From assembly GCF_963921235.1 (NCBI RefSeq), contig NC_086097.1, forward strand, positions 179,864,001 through 179,928,000: a DNA stretch of 64,000 nucleotides. The letters run 5' to 3'. Source of the stretch: Mobula hypostoma (Eukaryota). Position 1 is the stretch's first letter. The number at the start of each line of letters is the position of its first letter. This document shows, one piece after another, positions 11,480 to 23,777 of this stretch. The notes below the pieces were generated by a model. That model was not told where the DNA came from, did no database searches, and saw only the letters and a program-made list of their open reading frames with translations. The position numbers were made by a program, and so were the translations under genes.

Positions 11480-14130
11480 TTTCAGCTTCTTTTCAGCCAG
11501 TGGCAATCAGCACAGGGCCAATAAAAAGAAGAGGTGTATGCGGAGAGGCCATTGTTGGAGTGGGCATTGTTAGAGTGGCCCAGCTCAATAGGCTAAGGTG
11601 AGAATAGGTTTGGGCAAGCACAGTTAGAGGTTCTAGGTAATTAAACAAGAAAGTTTCTAGTACTTTTTTTCCTGTTAGTACATAGTAGCTAGTGCACTGA
11701 GAATGGACCTGGAGGTATGCTCCTTGGGTGAGATGTGGGGAATTTGGGAGACCTCCAGTCTCCCTGATAACTACAACAGTATGAAATGCATCAAGCTACA
11801 ATTCCTTAGACACTGTTAAGGAACTGGAACTGCAGCTCGATGACCTTGGGCTCATATGCGAGAATGAGGAGGTGATAGATCGGAGATGGAGGTAGTCACC
11901 CCTCAGTTGCAGGAGGCAGGTTCCTAAGTGACTGCAAGAAGAGGGAAAGGGAATAACTAGCCACTGCAGAGCATCCCTGTGGCCATTACCCTCAATAATA
12001 AGCATTCTACTTTGGATACTGTTGGGGGGAAACGGCCTACCAGGGGAAGCCATGGCGATCAGGTCTCTGGCAATGAATCTGGCTCTGTATCTCAGATGGG
12101 AAGGGGAGAGGGAAAGGAGGAATGCAGTACTGATAGGGGATTCCATAACTAGAGGAGCAGAAAGCAGACCCTGTGGACATAAAAGAGACAACCAGATGGT
12201 ATGTTGCCTCCCAGGTGCCAGGGTCAGGGACGTCTCAGATTAGGTCCATAGCATTCCAAAGGGGGAGGGTGAACAACAACATAGGTAGGAAATGGGAGGA
12301 ATTCATGTGGAGAGAATATAGGGAGTTAGGTGAAAAGCAGGACTTCCAAGATAGCAATCTCTGGATTGCTACCTGTCCCACATGCCAGTGAGGGTAAGAA
12401 TGGGATCATTTGGTAGATGAATGCATGGCTGAGGAATTGGTACAGGGGGCAGGGCTTCAGGATTCTGGATCATTGGGATCTCTTCTGGGGAACATATGAC
12501 CTGTACAAAAACGATGGTTACTCCTGAGCCTGAGGAGGACCAATATCCTTGCGGGCAGGTATGCTAGTGTTGGACTAATTTGGCAGTGGGACGGGAACCA
12601 GAGTGATAGGGCTGAGGATGGGGCGATTGGTATACAAATAGATGCAGTATGTAATGAGACTGCCAGGAAGGACAGTGAAATGGAAAGGAAAGGTACATCG
12701 CATCTGGAGTTTCTCTGGTTAGTGGACTATTTCCCTCCACACCTCTGAGGTAGTGGGGAACTGCGTACGAGGCAAGTTACAGCAGTGGTTTGCCATTGGC
12801 TTCTGCCGGGTGAGTTTCCAAAGAGATCACCAGCTCGTGACCCTGAACGGATGGAAAGCGTGAAGGGGCGCCAGCTGGAGCTAGATTCGAACTCGGGACC
12901 TTTCGTCTCAAAGTCCGACGCTGATGCCACTACGCCACCAGCCGGGTCACAGTGAAATGATGGAGCAAAATTGCAGTCAGTGGGATGACTGCATGAGGGG
13001 CCAAAATCAAAAAGGGTGATGAATACAGGACTGAAGGTGTTATATTTAAATGCACACAGTATACTGAGTAGGGTACATGATCTTAAAGTACAATTAGAGA
13101 TTGGCAGGAATAATACTGAGAGTATCTCTGAGTCATGCCTGAAAGAAGATCATAGTTGGGAGCTTAACATCCAAGGATACATATTATATTGAAAAGACAG
13201 ACAGGTAGGCAGTGGGGTTGGGGTGGTTCTGATGGTAAAAAAAAATGAAATCAAATCCTTAGGCAGAGGTGACATAGGATCAGAAGATGCAGAATCCTTC
13301 TGCGTACAGTTATGAAACTGCAAGTGTAAAAAGATGCTGATGGGAGTTATATACAGGCTGTTGAAAAATAGCCAGGATGTGGGATACAAATTACAATGGG
13401 AGATAGAGAAGGCATGTAAAAAGGGCAATGTTGTGATAATCATGGAGGATTTCAATATGCGGGTAAATTGGCAAAAACAGGTTAGTGCTGGATCTCAAGA
13501 GAGGGAATTTGTAGAATGCCTATAAGATGGCTTTTTAGACCAGCTTGTCATTGAGCCCATGAGGGTTAACTGCAATTCTGGATTGTGTGTTATGTAATGA
13601 CCCAGATTTGATTAGGAAGCTTAAGGTAAAGGAACCCTAAAAGATGTGCTGGCATTGGCGAGGGTCCAGAGGAGGTCCACAAGAATTAGCCCAGGAATGA
13701 AAGAGTTAACATACGAGGAGCATTTGATGGCTCTGAGCCTGTGCTCGCTGGAGTTTATAAGAATGAAACCTAATAATATTGAACGATCTAGGTAGAGTGG
13801 ACATGGAGAAGATGTTTCCTATCACGTAGGAGTTTAGGACCAGACGGCACAGCATCAGAATTGAGAGGTGTACACTTAGAACAGAGATGAGGAAAAATTT
13901 ATTTAGCTAGAGGGTGGTGAATCAGTGGAGTTCATTGCCACAGATAGCTGTGCAGGCTAAGTTATTGAGTATATTTAAGGCAGAGGTTGATAGGTTCTTC
14001 ATGAAACAGGACACCAAAGGTTATGGGGAGAAGGCAGGAGAATGAAGTTGAGAGGGATAATAGATCAGCCATAATGAAATGGCGGAGCAGACTTGATGGG
14101 TGAATGGCCTAATTCTGCTCCTATAACTTA
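11480..14130 (+). mobile_element. Degenerate, internally deleted CR1 LINE (ORF1 esterase, endonuclease, RT C-terminus and 3' end)
   Basis: VLIGDSITRG and MVCCLPGARVRDVS (SGNH-esterase ORF1); LMGVIYR and IIMEDFN (APE endonuclease); CR1 3' UTR. Confidence 0.8.
12683..12948 (-). mobile_element. tRNA-derived SINE nested in CR1, 11-bp TSD
   Basis: A box TGGCGTAGTGG, B box GTTCGAATC, (TTTCC)n tail, TSD acagtgaaatg at 12672-12682 and 12949-12959. Confidence 0.8.
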
Positions 14131-14537
14131 GGGTTAGAGTTAGGGTCTTATGTAAGTGTCTGCTAAATGTCTCTTAACATAGTAAATGTATCTGATTCCA
14201 CCACCTACTCTAGCAGTGTGTTCCAAATAGCAACCACTCTGTGTAAAAACAAGACTTGGCTCTGAAATTCCCTTTAAAACTCCTTTCTCTCACCTTAAAA
14301 CTGTGTGTTCTTGTTTTAATACCCCCAAAAGATATTGAAAAGATTCTATTTCCCCTGTCATTGCCTCTCGCGATCTTATTTGGCCATCCCGTGGCATCCT
14401 TTGCTCCAGGGAGAACAGGCTGAACCTATCTAATTTCAACTAATATCAAAAATCCTGCAATCCAGGCAACATCTTCAATACCAGCATCTTTCCTGTAACG
14501 CAGCGGCCAGAACTGCACATAATAACCAAGTTGACTA

Positions 14538-14868
14538 ACATAGAAACATAGAAACATAGAAAGTAGGTGCAGGAGTAGGCCATTCAGCCCTTCGAGCCTG
14601 CACCGCCATTTATTATGATCATGGCTGATCATCCAACTCAGAACCCTGCACCAGCCTTCCCTCCATACCCCCTGATCCCCGTAGCCACAAGGACCATATC
14701 TAACTCCCTCTTAAATATAGCCAATGAACTGGCCTCAACTGTTTCCTGTGGCAGAGAATTCCACAGATTCACCACTCTCTGTGTGAAGAAGTTTTTCCTA
14801 ATCTCAGTCCTAAAAGGCTTCCCCCTTATCCTCAAACTGTGACCCCTCGTTCTGGACTTCCCCAACAT
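14538..14868 (-). mobile_element. Young CR1 3' end
   Basis: ORF SRTRGHSLRIRG..FFTQRVVNLWNSLP; (TTTCTATG)n tail. Confidence 0.8.
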
Positions 14869-17454
14869 TCCCTAACAAATGGTTTGCAAAGTTGCAACAT
14901 AAATGCCCTATTCTTATATCCCACTCCATCTATGAAATCAAGTCTTGTCAACAGGCATTGCCACTTTCAGGGAAATATGGGCTTACACCCCAAGTACTTT
15001 CTGCAAACCTACATTCCTCAGTGGCCTAAATTTACAGTATTTGACTTTTCAAAATGCATCACCTAGTTTTGTAGGGAATTCTACCTACCAACACTCTGCC
15101 CAACTTCCCAACTAATCTTCATCCTGCCTTTGACAATTTTCTTCACTATTTACATTACCAACTTTTGAGCATCTGTACTTGTAATAATCAAACCTCCTAC
15201 ATTCACATCTAAGTAGTTAATGCACGTCAACATAATAAGGATCCTAGCACCAATCCCTGCCATACACCACTGGTCACAGAGACTTCCTACCAGAAAAGAA
15301 TCCATCCACCACTTCCTTCTGTCTCCTGTCACTAAGCCAAGTTTAGATTTAGTTAGCCTTCCATTCCCTGTGGATCAGATTACTATGGGGAACTTGTCAT
15401 GTGGCTGGCAGAAGTCCATATAGACAACTACCATCTTGCCTTCATCAATCTCCCTGGTTACCCCTTCAAAAACTCAATCATATTAGTGAGTCAGGATTTT
15501 CTCCACATAATACAGAGAGTAGAGGAGTTAATAATTTAGGGATCAGGAGAGGACTCAGCCTGAGAGGACTGTCAGTGTAGAATAATGGACAATGCCTTAA
15601 ATGTGAGCCAGGATGCTTAGGAAATTCTTTCCCACGTGAAAGGGATCTGCAATTTCTTCCACCAAGACTGGTGAGGACATCAGCTGGAGATTTCAAATCA
15701 GAACCATATTTATTATCACTGTCATACGATGTGAAATTTGTTCTTTTTCAGCAGCAGTACACTGCAAATCATAGAATTACTATAAATTAAAAAATAAATA
15801 ATTAGTGCAAAAAAAGGAATTTTCAGGTAAGTGTTCTTAGAAGCTCCAAATGCACAGGGGCCACGAGAGGCTGTGCAGGGTTGTAGTCTCAGCCAGCTTC
15901 ACCATGGGCACAGCTCTCCCCATCATTGAGGGCACCCTCAAGATCTGGTGCCTCAAGAAGGCAGGACCCTCACAATCTAGAATATGATCCTTTCTCATGA
16001 CGACTATTGGAGAGAAAATACAAGAGCTTGAAGTTCCACACTCAACAATTCATAAGAACACAAGAATTAGGAGCAAGATTAGGTCATGTGGCCCATTGAG
16101 CATGCTCTGTCATTCAATGATCTGGCCATAGACTCAACTGCCCTTTCCTTACATCAGAAACAGCTTCTCCCCTTCTGCCCTCAAAGAATCACAGAGCATA
16201 GAAAGAGGCCCTTTGGCCCATTACATCCATGCTGACCTTGTTGCCCATCAACACTAATCCCATTTGCACGCATTAGGATCCTATCACTCAGTGCCTTGCT
16301 TAAATAACGGTCCAAACATGGTCAGTGCAGCAACTGTATCCAAGGCTGACAACTTTTAGTTTAGTAAAGATTAGAGCCAGCGTACACAAGCATCTGTTCA
16401 TTTACACAAGATGCACATCAGCAGTTTCCAGAATCTCAACTGGACCCAACAGGGACCAATTACTGGGTCAGATTTAGGTTAGATCAGCAAGAATCCTGAT
16501 GAAACACTGGGTCGAGATGCTCTGACTGTGCACTTTATCCAGCTCAGAACAGTTTACTAAACGTTTCTGCTTATATGCTCTGATCTTGATCAGTAGCAAC
16601 ATGGCTACATTTATTTGACTGAATAAATGCCTTTGGGTCAGATTGAATCAAAGTAGAGTAGTTTATTATTACCACATGTACCGAGATACAATGAAAAACA
16701 TGTCTTGCTTATCGTTCATACAGATCAGTTCATAACACAGTGCATTGAGGTAGTACAAGGCAAAACACTAACAAAGTGCAGAAAAAGTGTTACGGTTACA
16801 GAGAAAATGCACTGCAGACAGACAATAGGGTGCAAGGCCATAATGAGGCAGGCTGTGAGGTCAAAAGAGGATTGTGAGTTATGGGGAACTGGCACGGGAC
16901 AGGAGATGAGGCTTGGGGTATTTCAGCCACAATCATATTGAATGATGGGGCAGGGTCAAGGAGCTGGACGCCTACTCCGGCTCCTACTTCCTTGTGTTGT
17001 TGTGAATGATTCAGTGGATGTCAATGGTGTGGCTCATGAAGACATTTGGCAAAGTCCTTTCGAACAGCATGTTAGCTGAAACTGCAATTGTTGCCCTGGT
17101 CAGGAAGCTGGCTGAGCAATGTTTAGCAGAGCAGGAAGGTGGCCTGGCGTGAATTGCCAGATTATGAACAATAACGTCCCTTAAGGATTTGTCTGAAAGC
17201 TCAACTAGGAATGTTGCCTGGACCGGAGGACTTGAGTTACTGAGATTTGGACAGGCTGGAACTATCTTCCCTGGACTGAAGGAGGTTGAAGGGTGACCTT
17301 AGAGTTCTGTAAGATGATGAAGGTCATAGGTAAGGTGAATAGTTCCAGGGTAAGGTAGTCTAAAACTGGAGATCACTGGTTTAAGGTGAGAGGCGAACGA
17401 CTTAAAGCGAACCTGCCGCACAGGTCTTTAACACAGAAGGTGTTGTGTATATAT

Positions 17455-20400
17455 GACCATAAGGCATAGGGGCAGTATTAGGCCTTTCAGCCTATTGATT
17501 CCACTCTGCCATTCCATCATGGCTGATTTATTATCTCAACCCCAATCTCCTGCTTTCTCCCCATAACCTTCAACCCCTGATTAATCAAGAACCTATCAAC
17601 CTCCGTCTTAAATATAACCACTAACTTGGCCTGCACAGCCATCTGTGGCAATGAGTTCCACAGATTCCTCACCCTCTGGCTACAGAATTTTCTCCTCATC
17701 TCTGTTCTGAATGGACGTCCCCCTGGTCTTAGTCTCTACCACTATAAGAAACAGCTTCTCCACATCCACTCTATCTAGACATTTCAATATTCAATAGTTT
17801 TCAGTGAAGTCCTCCCTCATTCTGCTAAACTCCAGTGAGTACAGGCCCAGCTGCACATACATTAACCCTTTCATTGCAGGGATCATTCTTGGGAACCACC
17901 TCTGAACCTTCTCCAATGCCAGCATATCTTTACTTAGATAAAGGGCCCAAAGCTTCTCATAATACTCCAGGTGTGGTCTGACTAATGCCTTATAAAGCCT
18001 CAGTATTTCATCCCTGATTTTATATTCTAGTTCTCTCGAAATGAATGCTAACATTACGTTTGCCTTCCTTACCAATGACTCATCCTACAAGTTAATCTTT
18101 AGGGAATCCTGCATAAGGACTCTCAAGTCCCTTTGCACATCTGACTTTTGAATTTTCTCCCCATTTAGAAGATAGTCCATTCCTTCTACCAAAGTGCATG
18201 ACCCATGCACTTCCCTACACTACATTTCATCTGCCACTTCTTTGCCCATTCTCCCAGTCTGTCCAAGTCCTTCCTCAGACAACGTGCTTCCTCAGCACTA
18301 CCTGCCTATCTACCTATCTTCATATCACCCGCAAGCCTGGCTATAAAGCCATCAACTACTTCATCCAAATCATTGACGAATAATGTGAAAGGAAGAGGGT
18401 CTAACACTGACCACTGTGGAACACCACTGGTCACTGGCAGCCAACCAGAAAAGGCCCCCTTTATTCTCATTCTACGCCTCTTGCCTGTCAGCCAATCTTC
18501 TATCCATGCTAGTATCTTTCTTGTAATACCATGGGCTCTTATCATGTAAAGTAGCCTCATGTGCAACGACTTGTCAAAGGCCTTCTGAAAATCCAGATAA
18601 ACAATATCCATTGAATCCCCTTTGTCTATCCTGCCTGTGATTTCCTTAAAGAATTCTAACAGATTTGTCATGCGAGATTTCCCCATGCCAGCTTTGGCCT
18701 ACTTTATGAGGTGCCTCAAAGTTGGGGCACAAAGACAGTGTGCAATCTAACAGCAACTGATCACCTTAGTAACCTTTCTTGTGATTGTAAGACCCTGTTG
18801 GGCAGCATTAATGTGGAACGCTGCAAGTCTGTCTCACTGGTGGCCAGCGTTGGAGATGCATGGCCTCAGTCATAGCGCCTGTTTACAGCTGCCCAGGAGA
18901 GAGGCGTTGGAACTGGTGTGCTCCACTGGGGGCAGTGTGGCCTGACAACAAAGTTCAAGTCGTGCTGCCCCCCAGTGTTCACTCGGCAGAAGACAAGTTG
19001 TAGTGTGGTTGACTGCGGATTTCTGCAACACTCACGGACTCGGTCTTGGACTATATTTTTCATGTGACTACATTTTACTGATTTCTTATCTGTACTTTGA
19101 GCAGTGTGTGACTGCTGGTACGAAGTTTTTCACCTTGGCCCTGGAGTAACACTGTTTTATTTGGCTATATTCAAGTATGGTTGAATGACTACTAAACTTG
19201 AATTTGAAATACCCTGAAACTTCATCCTTAATATTAGACTCCAACATCGGTCCAACCACTGAAGTCAGACTAACAGGTCTAAAATTTCCTTCTTCTGCCT
19301 TCCTCCCTTCATAAAGGGTGGAGAGACCTTTGCAATTTTTGAGCCCTCCAGAACTATTCCAGGGTCTAGTAATTCTTGAGAGATCATTATTAATGCCTCC
19401 ACAATCTCTTCAGCTACTGCTTTCAGAAACCTGGGGTGTAGTACATCTGATCCAGGAGACTTATCTAATTTCAGACTGCAGCTTCCCAAGCAACTTCACC
19501 TTAATAATAACGACGATACTCACTTCTGCCCCAGACACTCTCGCATTTCTGGCATTCTGCTAGTGTTTCCACAGCGAAGACTGGTTCCTTCGCCATTTTG
19601 TTGTTCCCCGTTACTACCTCTCCAGTATCATTTTCCAGCAGTCCGATATCTACTCTTGTCCCTCTTTTACTTTTTATACAGTATATCTGGAAAACCTCGT
19701 GGTGTCCTCTTTTACATTATTGGCTAGCTTCCCTTCACATCTCATCTCTTCTCTCCTTACAGCTTCTTTCGTTTCTTTGTTTTTTTTTTAAAAAAGCTTT
19801 TGAATCTTCCACCTTCCCACCAATTTTTTGCTATATTGTATGCCAACTCCTTTGCTTTTATGCTGTCTTTGACTGCCCTTGTAAGCAACAGTATCCTCAT
19901 CCTCCCTTTAGAACACCTAATCTTTGGGACGTATCTTTCCTGCACCATCCGAATTGCTCCCAGAAACTGCTGTTCTGCTGTTGTCACCCTATTGTCTGCT
20001 TCCAGTCAACTTTGGCTAGCTTCTCTCTCATGCCTCTTTAATTCCCTTTACTCCACTGTAATACTGAAACATCAGATTTCAGCTTCTCCTTCTCAAACTG
20101 CAGGGTGAATTCTTTTATATTATGATCTCTGCCTCCTAAGGTTCCCTTACCTTGAGCTCCCTAATCAAATCTGGGTCATTACATAACACCCAATCTAGAA
20201 TTACCACTCACCTCATGGGTTCAACCACAAGCTTTTCTAAAAAGCCATCTCATAGGCATTCTACAAATGCCTTCTCTTGGGATCCAGCTCCAAGCTGATT
20301 TTCCCTATCTATCTGCATGTTGAAATACCCCATGATTATCACAACATTGCTCTTTTTTAAATGCCTCTTCTTTCTTCAGTTGTAATTTGTAGCCCATATA

Positions 20401-20860
20401 CTGGCTACTGTTCAGGGACCTGTAGGTAACTCCCATCAGGGTCTTTTTACCCTTACAAGAGGAATTCTGCAGATGCTGGAAATTCAAGGAACACACATCA
20501 AAGTTGCTGGTGAACGCAGCAGGCCAGGCAGCATCTCTAGGAAGAGGTACAGTCGACGTTTTGGGCCGAGACCCTTCGTCAGGGCCATTTTACCCTTACT
20601 GTTTCTTACTTCTACCTACAAGTATCCTATATCTTCCGATCCTATGTCAGCTCTTCATAAGGGTTCACTTTGAACTGTGATTTCATTTTTTACTATCAGA
20701 GCCACCCCACCCCTTCTGCCCATCTGCCTGTCCTTTCAATGCAATGTGTATTGTTGGATGTTAAGCTCCCAACTATGATTTTCTTTCAGCCAAGACTTAG
20801 TAATGCCCCCCAACATCATACCCGCCAATCTCTAACTGCACTACAGGATCATCTACCTAT
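17455..20860 (-). mobile_element. Degenerate CR1 LINE ORF2 (endonuclease to 3' end) with nested inserts
   Basis: KSPGSD.LHPR.LK, TNLLEFF, VYLDFQKAFD, VTSGVPQ.SVL, LYKALVRPHLEY pieces in order. Confidence 0.8.
20457..20587 (-). mobile_element. Short Penelope-derived hammerhead-bearing insert, 12-bp TSD
   Basis: TSD ttttacccttac at 20445-20456 and 20588-20599; near-identical to 40088-40208. Confidence 0.75.
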
Positions 20861-22010
20861 GGAATAAAGTGCCAGGCGAAAATGGTAGAGGCGGGTACAG
20901 TTTGAACAGTTAGAAGGCACTTGGATAGTACATGGAGAGAAGAGGTTGAGAGGGATATGGACTAAACACGGGCCCATTGGACCAGCATAGGTGGACTCCA
21001 TGGTCAACACGGACCCCGGCACGGTTGGGCTGAAAGGCCTCTTTCCATGTTGTAGGATTCTAGGATCAAATACATATACATGAACGAGTATACCTCTGAC
21101 TTTCCTCATGACAACGACATCGTTGGAAGTGCTGGACAACAGAGAATGGGATGGCCAGAACTGGTAAATCTGTTTCATTATTAAGCCAACGTGAGGTTAT
21201 CGGTTTAGGACCTAAAGAAAATCAAACAGAGCACTTTCTAAGCAGTGGAGAGTTTGAGGTTCTGGGTAACTGAGGAAATATGCAGAATCATAGAGTAATA
21301 CTGCATGGGATCAGGCCCTTTGGCTTACCCTGTCTGTGCTGACCAGGACGCCCACCTGAGCTAGTCCTGTATTTGGTCCCTATCCCAAAACCCTTGTACA
21401 CTAGAACTTATCCAAACGTCTTTTAAACGGTGTCCTGTATCTGCTCAACCATTTCCTCCTGTAACTTATTCCATATACAGACCATCTCCTGTATGACAAA
21501 GTTGTTGCTCAGGTTACTTTTAAATCTTTGTCTTTCTCCTTAAATGCATGCCCTCCAGTTTTAATTTCCCTGGGAAAAAACTGCATTCACACTATCAATA
21601 CCCCTCATGATCTTATACATCTCCAGAAGGCCACCCTTCAGTCTTCTACATTCCAAGGAATAAAGTCCTAGCCTGCCCAACCTCTCCCTATAATTCAGGC
21701 AGAGAGGCAGGTGTAGTTGTGTTCAGAGGATGACGGACAGGGAGGAGGTACTCAGTTGTAGAAACACAAAGCCCCTGGTTCATCCACAATTGTGACTAAC
21801 TGGCATCTCTGGGCTTCACACGAGGGAGGATGCACAGCCTCAGAGTGTGAACCCTGTAAAATAATAATCCTCAAGCATGTGGGGAGCTCACACGAACCAG
21901 GAATACACAAACTGGGGCTGATATTCCCTGGAATTTGGAAGCCTGACTGATAATTTTATAGAAACTTTCAAGATACGCCAATGGAATCCAACGTGCAGGG
22001 TTGGAGGGGG

Positions 22011-22015
22011 GAGAT

Positions 22016-22046
<31 letters not shown>

Positions 22047-22105
22047 CAGAGAGAGACAGAGACAGAGAGAGAGATAGGAATATACACATATATATATAGA
22101 CATAT

Positions 22106-22149
<44 letters not shown>

Positions 22150-22161
22150 TTATTTATTTAT
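22011..22161. repeat. Compound microsatellite (GA)n/(CA,TA)n/(TATT)n
   Basis: Directly visible. Confidence 0.95.
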
Positions 22162-22517
22162 AAAGCCCACAGTGTTTGTACTAAGCATATTGCCAAATTA
22201 AGCGAATCCCAGCTGCCTCAATATGGTCCAAATCTAGACATCCTTGCCTGTTTATGTGACCTCCTAAATGTCCCTATTAAATCTTTCACCACCTTCCCTA
22301 GAAGCTACCACCTTGTAAAATAAAACTTGCCTTGAAAACCTTTAAACCTTCCCCTCTCACCTTAAACCTACACCCTGATGTTAGTGAATATGTCAGACCT
22401 TACAAGGTCGGAGTTTCCAGCTGCCCAGGTTCACTGTTCAGCAGACCACACATGCTGGGCTGCCTGGACGTCCCTCTGCCACACCCCCATATCTCACGAG
22501 AGCCTTTGATCACCTAC

Positions 22518-22674
22518 CTGCACTGTTGACAGCTGAGCATAGCCTCTCCAGCTGAAATTCGCAAATTCCTGTGCGTCAAACCCAAAGCGAACAGCCCTTC
22601 CATTGGGCGTTGACCCATCTTCAATCTCATACTTCAGATGATGAAGGTCTGGGAAATAGTGATGGCTCCGTGGC
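22518..22674 (-). CDS. LAMA3: Exon (157 nt, phase 2-0): [53 protein letters not shown]
   Basis: Highly conserved alpha3/alpha5 segment ([19 protein letters not shown]); aag acceptor, gtaggt donor. Confidence 0.93.
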
Positions 22675-23567
22675 CTTCAAGTGCAAGTTAGATCCATCAG
22701 TTTCATCAAACATAGAACAGTACGACACAGTACAGGCCCTTTGGCCCATGATGCTGTGTCAACCTTTTAACCTATTCTAAGATCCTCCCACATACCCTCC
22801 ATTTTTTGTTCATCCGTGTGCCCATCTAAGAGTCTCTTAAGGCTCCCTAATACCAGTATTACCACTCCTGGCAGTGTATTTACTATTCTCTGTGTAAAAA
22901 ACCTACCTCTGACATACCCCTATACTTTCCTCCAATCACATTAAAATTATGTCCTCTCACTCAACCTACCCTCATAAGATATGCTCTCTAATCCGGGCAA
23001 TATCCTGGTAAAAGTCCTCTGCACCCTCTAGAACTTCCACATCCTTCCCGTGATGAGATGATTGGAACTGAACTCAATATTCCAAGTGGAATACGGGAGA
23101 GAGAGTAACTGGGGTGTGTGGGGTCTCTGTCGCTGTCTATGAGGCAGCGAGGAGTGTAGACAGAGTAAATGGAGGGGAGGCTGGTTTCTGTGATACAACA
23201 GAATGTGCTCAAACATTCTCTTCAGGAACATCTTCTTCCCCTCTGCCATCCAATTCTGAATGGACATTGAATCCATGAACTCTAGTGTTTACCCCCAGTG
23301 TGTGGGACTGTCCTCACCAGTTTATATTTTTATTTTTCCACTACTTATTTAATTTAACTATTTAATATAACATAGCAATTATATCTGAATCCACATCTTC
23401 TTCTGGCACTGTGTCCCAGATATTAAAAATGCTCCCTTCAGATCTCCTTTAAAACTCTTTCCTCTCACATTAAACCCATAGCTCTTGTTTCTGAAACTTT
23501 ATTTTGGGTGTTCTATTCCTGTGCCTAGCCCCTCGAGAAGTAGAAAGAGTGCTTAGATCTCACTTAC

Positions 23568-23667
23568 TTGTTGCAGGCGCGCCCCTCAATATTCGCTCTG
23601 CACTGGCAGGTCCCTTTTGTGATACTACAGGTAAGATTAACAGACCCTCCGATGTCACATCCGCAGC
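23568..23667 (-). CDS. LAMA3: Partial-LE exon (100 nt, phase 1-2): GCGCDIGGSVNLTCSITKGTCQCRANIEGRACN
   Basis: ctctcccggcag acceptor, gtaagt donor; CxCDIGG motif. Confidence 0.92.
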
Positions 23668-23777
23668 CTGCCGGGAGAGTAACAGTGAGGGGAAAATCAT
23701 TACATTTGAACCATAGTCAGGGAGTACAATTCAGTTACATATATATATAAATTACATGTTGTCCAATCTCATGTATA

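Noticed and set aside
12860..12945. tRNA genes here and at 7110-7173 and 55140-55215
   Set aside because: The A/B boxes are followed by SINE bodies (with tails and TSDs in two cases), with no complete cloverleaf.
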